DNA from: Pecten maximus
Taxonomy: Eukaryota
Direction of reading: 5' to 3'
Assembly (NCBI RefSeq): GCF_902652985.1
Contig: NC_047019.1
Coordinates: 14,254,097-14,318,096, forward strand
DNA: 64,000 bases
The position numbers were made by a program, and so were the translations under genes. Shown here piece after piece: positions 49,501 through 58,500 of this stretch (its first letter is position 1; each line of letters starts with the position of its first letter). A model generated the notes under the pieces. That model was not told the origin of the DNA and searched no databases. It worked only from the letters and a program-made list of their open reading frames with translations.

Positions 49501-52500
49501 TCACATTTGGTGTTAGGTATGTAACTTGTATCAACTTTCGTTCTCTATTTCGAAATATTAGTTCAAGTTAGTAGACTTGCATATTAAAAAAAATTACTCA
49601 TTGATTGTGTCCCTTCCTGAAAAACAATTTTCATTCTCGTTTCTATAGGTAACCTATGCATTGTTGGATATAGTTCATTCTGTTGCTATGAAATGTGATA
49701 ACTGTTATCAATTCCTGTACTAAAAGATTGCTCTTCCCTTAAAAAACTCCACAATTCTTATTCTTGTTTTCTGTTTTGTTCTTTATAGCAATGTGATGAA
49801 CCGTCACCTGCTTGGAGCACTGGCTCGCGTCGGGTCAGGGGCTTTTGAGGGATTTGACAGTAAAGTGAAATCAAAGTGGGAAGACAAGGTAAAATTCATC
49901 ATTATTTGGAAAAGTATGGAAAAAAAAGAAAAAAGTTTGTTATCAAAATGCGTAAAATCATATTGTGTTGTGAAAGATGAGGAATCAAACCCAGGTCTCC
50001 CACATGATAATTCCTGGCTTTACTGCCCGGCTAAAAAAGCATGCTCCGTCAGCTGAGTGACAGATACTGTACTTAACAATTAAATCACTACACTGAAATG
50101 CTCCTTTTACAGTATAAAGAAACTCCAAGTTTTTTTTTCCAGGTAAAGTCACAGATTGCTAAAGCAGGACAGCCTGGGTTGACCTCAGTGGCCGTCTCTT
50201 GGCAACAGGAAGATGGTGCTCCGCCTCCAAAACAAGCACCCAATCAAATCACAGCTCTCTTCAGTGGATCAAGGATGGTAGTTTACGGATTTGTTCAGAA
50301 CTGTTCAAGTGTAAGTGACTTGATAATGAAGTCTGGTAAGAAAGTCTATTTTGATGTGGAGGATCATCATATCAAAAAAGGAAAAATAATACAGCAATGT
50401 AAATTCCAATTAATCAAGACCATTAAGTATCACGTGTTTGAGATGTTTGACCAATTAATCGAGTAAGAAATAATTAATCAAGTTTTGTCAGATATGCTCA
50501 ACATCACAATAGATGAAAGAAATTAGCTGATTGGTATAACATGCGAAAAAAACAATCGACTGCTTGATTGTGGTTTCGCTTATATGATGAAAAATGCAGT
50601 AAGCACTACGAAAGAATGTAAAAAATGTATAAAAATTTTAAAATTGCAGTTTGACACATAGAGTTTTCCAAAAGATTCTGGTCAGAATTAGCAGACTGCA
50701 CAATAAACAATATATTCAAGTAAAGCTGGACTTGTTCAATGAAAAAAGTTATGAAAGAAAACTTTTTGTTACTTTCCTACAGGCAACACTGACCGCTGAA
50801 ATAGGTGACCAAGAGATAACAGCTTTAGTGACGAAATCTGACCGCTACGTTACCAAAGGAAAGGTAAAACTCCCATTATCTTATATTTTCTATCTTATCT
50901 ATAATTACCTCTAGTAATATTACCACTTGTGTTAGAGTTTGCCAACTCCTAGAAGATTTGTTTTAATATATTGTTAATGAATGCCCTTTCAAATTAAAGA
51001 TTTTTTTTAAAGAAGTATAAATTAATCCTGATAAATTTTCGATGACATTAAATTCAGCAATTATATAATTGTTCTGATAAGGATACTCCACCATTTACGT
51101 GTAGGGAATTTCTTTTATCAAGTAACTTGTTGATGTTACAGATTCTGCACCGTTTGGCAGCTAAAGCAATCATCCGCGACTGGGAGGACGGACTTCTATC
51201 ACCTGATGGCCTCAATCAGCAGGTGAGATTTCCAGTGGATAGATTTCAGAAAATATTGAATGTATGTTCCATTGGTACCAGGGTCAATGTGTAGGTAACT
51301 GATGATAGTTATCAGTTATATCTGAGCTTGTTTGTGTTCATATCATCATATCTGACACCTTTGTGTGTCCGTCAAAATTTGACAGGAGTTTTTGTTATGG
51401 TATTGTCTGGGTTTCCGTGTTTAACTTTTTTGTCCTCTGTCCTCTCTGTTTTCAACCAACTCTTTATCTCTTTTAAAACTTTATAGGCTTTGTAATCATG
51501 ATTTGGAGTTGTGTTTTTCCGAGTAGTAGTTTCATTTGTCAATTTTTATATATCTGTTCGAAAGGTGGTGAAAGAATTTTTAGTCCGGCATTGTCTGTCC
51601 ATCCAGGGTAAACTTTTGTTTGTCTGAAGATCTTCAATCAATCTTAAAACTTGGTAGGCTTTATATAGATTCACAAGATTTTTTTTTCTGATAAGCTTTT
51701 TATTCAGCCTTTTTAAGGTACTGCCCTTTGTTTATTTTCACAGTTGTTGTGGGGCTACGGTGGCCGAGTGGTTAAGGTGTCCCGACACTTTATCACTAGC
51801 CCTCCACCTCTGGGTTGCGAGTTCAAAACCTATGTGGGGCAGTTGCCAGGTACTGACCGAAGGTCGGTGGATTTTCTCCGGGTACTCCGGCTTTCCTCCA
51901 CCTCCAAACCTGGCATGTCCTTAAATGACCTTGGCTGTTAATAGGACGTTAAACAATATAAACTAAACTAAATAAAAGTTTATTTTAGTTTACTGATCTA
52001 TTTTGAAAGAGTTATTGCCCTTTGTTGATTTTTTTCCTGTGAGCTTAGTGTTACAAGGGACAGGTGTGTATTGTTCTGCCCATTCTTTTTATACCCTCTT
52101 CGTATTACCCATGTCAGTCCATCCCATTGCATCCTAACACCATATTACACCTGGTTACATTCTGGTGGACATTGGTCAAGTTAAAAGGGTCAAACACTGA
52201 CTCCTCATTCATGTCTTACAGACATTTTCTAGTTTTATGTTAAATCTTATCAGCCCCTGTTATAACTGTTACAGTCTGCCATATTCCTAATTGATTTTTC
52301 AGAGGATGAAGATGGACTTGAAAGACTATGTTATAAAGCTGAGCAAGGAGTTCTGTATAGTGACTCAGCTAACAAGCTTCATTGCAGTGGAAAAACGAGA
52401 AAAGGTTTGTGGGGGAACTAATATCATGTGATTTGTGTGCTTCAATATATACTTAAAGCCAATCACAGACCTAGTACTGGGAACCCTGATATTAATTATA

Positions 52501-55500
52501 CCCCCACAACGAAGTTAGGGGGTATACTGGAATCAGGCCGTCCGTCCGGCCGTCTGTCTGTAGACACATTTTGTCCGGACAACTCCTCCTAAACCGATGG
52601 GCCAATTCCAATGAAACTTCACACAAATATTAATGTTCATGTGTAGATGTGCATGCCACTTTCTTTTTCTCAAAATAATGGTTGCTATGGCAACTGGTCA
52701 CTATATTACTTGGTTATCTTAGTTAGCCTCTAATTTACAGTTCGAATTCACCATTGACTCGTGCAGATTGTGGATGTATTAGTCAGCCATCCTGGCGACA
52801 GTTCTAGTTCACATTTGATTAGCCAAACGCAGATCTAGTACTGGGAACCCCGATATGAATTCACATTTGATTAGCCAATCACAGATCTAGTACTGGGAAC
52901 CCCGATATGAATTCACATTTGATTAGCCAATCACAGATCTAGTACTGGGAACCCTGATATTAATTCACATTTGATTAGCCAATCACAGATCTAGTACTGG
53001 AAACCCTGATATTAATTCACATTTTATTAGCCAATCACAGATCTAGCTCTGGGAACCCTGATATTAATTCACACTTGATTAGCCAATCACAGATCTAGTA
53101 CTGGGAATATGTTTTTCATCCACAATAGGTGGGTGTTATTCAACCCCAAGGCACCAGTTAATCATTACAATTGCTGTATAACATACACTTTATACAATGT
53201 ACGTATGCATTTGGATTGGTCCACACAGCGAAATTCAAATGTGAAGGCCATTTCATCATATCCTTATGCCCCAGATGTGGAAACGCGAAAATGATACCCC
53301 ACAAAATATAGCTGATATACAGTATTAAATGATCTAGATCAACACTAATGTAAAGTTACATTAGTAGTAGGTGAGCAATACAGGCCCATTGGGCTTCTTG
53401 TATATTGTGGTAGAAACAGGTCACACAAACTGTTGTGTGTGATATTTCTTTCACTTTTGTTAGTCATTAGTCCCCTACTGGTGACTATAAGTTGTGTGAC
53501 CATCGTCTTGTACCTATATACAAAAACGTCAAATTTTGTCACTGCTCTAGTCGCTTCATGCCTTGAGGGATTTTGATCAAACTTCACACCATGATAAATG
53601 ATCATTATATCTCTGACAAGATTGAGTTTGAGGGTTTTTGGGTCAAGGTCAAAGTCACTTTACTATTTATATTGGGGGCCAGTAGGGGAAGTGTATTACT
53701 TTAGTAATATAACCCAGTATGCTTTGTTAATCAGAAGTTACAAAAATACAATGTAGCAAATTTAGTCTAGTTCTTGATAATCAATTTCTACATAAACCAT
53801 GCCAGGTTGTCTTGTATATACTGTATATACACCGGATAGCTGCTGTATTTCAGGATGAAAAAATGACCTCCGCTCCAGATATTGAGGAACTTTTGGAAAC
53901 AGAACATCGAGATGTGTGTGCGTTTCTTGGTCCAGACATTAGTCCAGATGAGTTGATGGACGTTCTTTCATCGGATGTAAGTCATTGAGAAAAAAATCTT
54001 GCTTTTAAAATGTAAGCTGATTACTTTGTGCATCGGTACATAATTCATTGCAAATTGTAATTTCTGTATATTGTATAGACAAGAAAATGTAGGCACGTCA
54101 CCAGTTCATCTTTGCACTTGTATTCATGCTCAGTCATGCTTTAATATTTGAACACAAAAATAGATTCACTTACAGTAATGTATCTCGCCATGCTTCTGAA
54201 TTTTGCCAAATTTGGATTTTACTTAATACAAATATTTGATGGGACTACTGTATGCCACAGCTGTGTCTAAGTTGTAGGCATACACTGATTTAGTCTGTAT
54301 TTATCTACACTGCTACACATTCTGAGACATCTGATTTATTCGGATATTTCAGAGAGTCTTGTCGGATTTTAAGACTGTTGCTGTATACCATGGCAGCGAC
54401 ATATTCTGTGGATGGTTTTAGATAATTCCTTTTATACATGTTTGACTACCTGCCCTTACATCTTTACCTTTTGTCTGATGGTCCTTTCCACAAGTTTAGA
54501 CTTGTACACTAAATGGGAGTTGTCATCATCATTTCACTTTTTGATGTTTGGATCAGTTACTCAGAAAGTAGAAGTCCTACTTTAACCAAACTTGGTATAA
54601 GGTTAGGTCATATTAAGGACACGCCGTTCATTTACTGAATATCGTCTATAATTCATGGTCCAGTGACTCTGGATATTAGGAATTCGGGGTATTTTGACTT
54701 CAAAGATTTGTGTTCAGCTCAGTTTCTCAAACAACATCAATGTTATTCCGACCAAACCTCAAAGATTTGTGTTCAGCTCAGTTTCTCAAACAACATCAAT
54801 GTTATTCCGACCAAACCTGGAATATAGTTGTAGTACATATTTCTATTGCAATGTATCAAATTTGATATTAAACAAATGCCTGTAAGTTAAGCAGGATGCT
54901 TTCATACTGCATAATTTCTCAGGAGAAGCGCTTTATTGCTCTTTTCCTTTTTCTTTTTCAAAAAAAAAAAAAAGAAAATACAGAAATCTATTGAATTTTA
55001 GAATAGGTTAAAAGTTACTATACTGAAAAAGTGGGACAGGGAAGACATACAATTACAAGTACATCATGAAATTCTTTTTTTATTTGATTCAACTCCACAA
55101 ATATGACCGACATTTATATAAAATTACTTGGCATGTTCATATCCTAATAAGTTTCTGAAATTGTAGTACATTAGGTATAAGCTTTATGTGATGGCTGCTG
55201 AGGAGGAGGAGGAGGAGCTTCACAATCATTGATTACATATGTCATCACACTGGGTAATATTAAATCTTGGTTTACAGGATACAGAATCTTTGCACAGATA
55301 CTTAACTGACGAATCATCTGATGAATCATCTGATAGTGTAAGTTTCTGTTTTATAATTCAATTATACCTGTAGTATGATGTATTTTCCAAATTTTATCTA
55401 ACATGAAATCCCACACATGTAATGATGTATCTAACCATTCCTGTAATCCATACATGTAATGATGTATTTAACCATTCCTGTAATCCATACATGTAATGAT

Positions 55501-58500
55501 GTATTTAATTATTCCTGTAACCCATACATGTAATGATGTATTTAATTATTCCTGTAACCCATACATGTAATGATGTATTAACCATTCCTATAACCATACA
55601 TGTTATGATGTATTTAACTATTCCTGTAAACCATACATGTTATGATGTATTTAACTAGTCCTATAACCATACATGTTATGATGTATCTAACCATTCCTGT
55701 AATCCATACATGTAATGATGTATTTAACTAGTCCTATAACCATACATGTTATGATGTATTTAACCATTCCTGTAATCCATACATGTAATGATGTATTTAA
55801 CTAGTCCTATAACCATACATGTTATGATGTATTTAACTAATCCTATAACCATACATGTTATGATGTATTTAACCATTCCTGTAACCCATACATGTTATGA
55901 TGTATTTAACCATTCCTGTAATCCATACATGTAATGATGTATTTAACCATTCCTGTAACCCATACATGTTATGATGTATTTAACTATTACTGTAACCCAT
56001 ACATTTAATGATATTAACATTTGTATGACATTGTCAATATAAAGCCTTTTTGAGAGTTGTGTCGTTGATGTTTGTTTAAGTGCCATGCATCACGCGACAG
56101 TATCAGCGTAGTAATACAACACAGACCTGCGCAATATTTTGGTCCGTGCAAATATACTGAAAGCATTATTATAGATAAATTTGAGCAAAAATACATTTTT
56201 GTCTAATAATTTATTATGAGAAAACATGCCATATACTTTGTTTGTAATAAATGTAGAATATAATAAATTGTTGGGTTATTTTTTCAAGCACTATTTTGTT
56301 GCCGATTTTGTTTGCCAATCAGCACGAGACATGAAGGCTGTTCCAGTTAACGACTAAAATTAGTGTTGCCTGTTGGTAACGCGGGAATTATGAATTTTTT
56401 AAACATGACCTGTCAAAGGGAAAAAAATCAAATCGTTGGAAAATGTAAATATAACCGTTGAACTGTTTTTGTATGGCATTTATGATCTATTTGAACGACA
56501 GAGCTTTGCAAGCAAACAAATCATAATGCGCTAGCATGCATTATGGTGTTTGCTTGCAAAGCTCTGTCGTTCAAATAGATCATAAATACCATACAAAAAC
56601 AGTTCAATGCTTAAATGTATTTAATTTTTCCTGTAACCCATACATGTAATGATGTATTTAATTATTCCTGTAACCCATACATGTAATGATGTATTAACCA
56701 TTCCTGTAACCCATACATGTAATGATGTATTTAACTATTCCTGTAACCCATACATGTAATGATGTGTTTAACCATTCCTGTACCCTTACATGTAATAATG
56801 TATTTAACCATTCATATACCCCATACATGTAATGATGTGTTTAACCAATCCTACCTTCGTTAGCTTGTGTGTAAGTTGTCTTTGTTTCTTTCTGTATCAT
56901 GTGTGAATACTTTGTGGAAAATCTTAATAGAAATGTTAAGTTAAATAAAAAAAAAGATTTATTTTGTTCAAACTGACTAAAGGTTTTATGTATAAATCTA
57001 TCCTGTGTTACATGCAAATCTATCTTTGTTTGTGAAAATGACCTGCATTCCATTAAAACTTAACTTCCATTATATATAAGTTTCTACTGACTTTGTATGT
57101 CTTATGATAACATACCTGATAACCTCCTCGATGCCAAACAGGTCATGCTAATACATTATGATACATTGAAGTGTAAATAAGACAATGCCTGTATCAGACA
57201 AAGGTTAGATGCCAAATTTATCATCAAATAAGCCCCATTCATAGTGAATCTCCAATGTTCAGATGTTTGTACCAACAAGTCTAACTTATGCTTTAAGTTC
57301 ATCACATTTTAAAAAGAGTCTTGTTTATAGGGAGAATTTGAAGAAGAGGGAAAAGGTCAATCTTACCGACGTGTACGTGTAAGTGTACTATTTATTTATT
57401 AATATTTCAGAATGCTGAAAATATATCCTAGAATTTTTAGACCAAAAAAATTCTTCTGAGGTTTCTGCATCTTTATTGTTTTCTCTAAAACAAATTCCCA
57501 GATCTCTTGAGTTTTTTTTCTGTTGCCATTAATATATGATGCCTGACAATTCTTGCATACAATTTTGTGTACACATTCTGTAACCTCCTGTCAAATAGAT
57601 AACAATCTCCTACATATTCACACCTTAGTTACTCCTTGGTGTACCTACATATATTTGACTGGTCATTTGTGTGATGAAGGGTATATATAGCGCAGTCACT
57701 GAAACAAAAATGAAAGCTGAAACTGAAAACGCATAAAATCTAATACTGATTGTGATATATAGAGGATATCTAACAGTGTCTTCAGTAATACCAAATATAT
57801 TTCACGAGTGGGGCTAATATTTTGATATCAAATATCAAATATCAAAATATTAGCCCCCCCTCGTGAAATATGTTTGGTTTTACTGAAGACACTGTTAGAT
57901 ATTCTGTTTATTACATTTTATTATCAACGAAAATCCTACTGCGTATGCTAACTAGGACAGCGATAATTTGTAAACAAAAAAAGTAGTTTCCCCTGTCCAG
58001 GTGCTGACATATATGTCAGGCTTTCTGATTGGTCAATTATTTTGGTATTTTCTAATCATTAATTTGATTGGTCAAATCAGCAAAAGTGATATTCTTCACT
58101 AGTGAAAAATATCACTTTTATAGAATGAATAATTTTTGATATTTTACTGGTAAAAATGTAATAAATGAACATCTATCACATAACTGGCTCTTATAATCAA
58201 CCTGAAGAAAAGGTTTCATTATAATTTATAAAGCTACTAAAACAATTTAAATTTTCAGGCATAATATCCAAATACTGTGTGAGCATGCATATGTCCTGCG
58301 AAAGTTCATAATTTGAAAGATTGGTTTAGAGAGTTTATCTGAAACCAAGCATTCTGCAAACAAGATATCAATTTCTAAATATGGGAATCTCAATTTATAT
58401 TATAACTACGCCTGTATCACACCTGATTTGCTACATGATACAATTAGTAACAATGTGTTGAGTTTTTGTTTGGGTAAACTTTTCCATGAATGGGTGAGAG

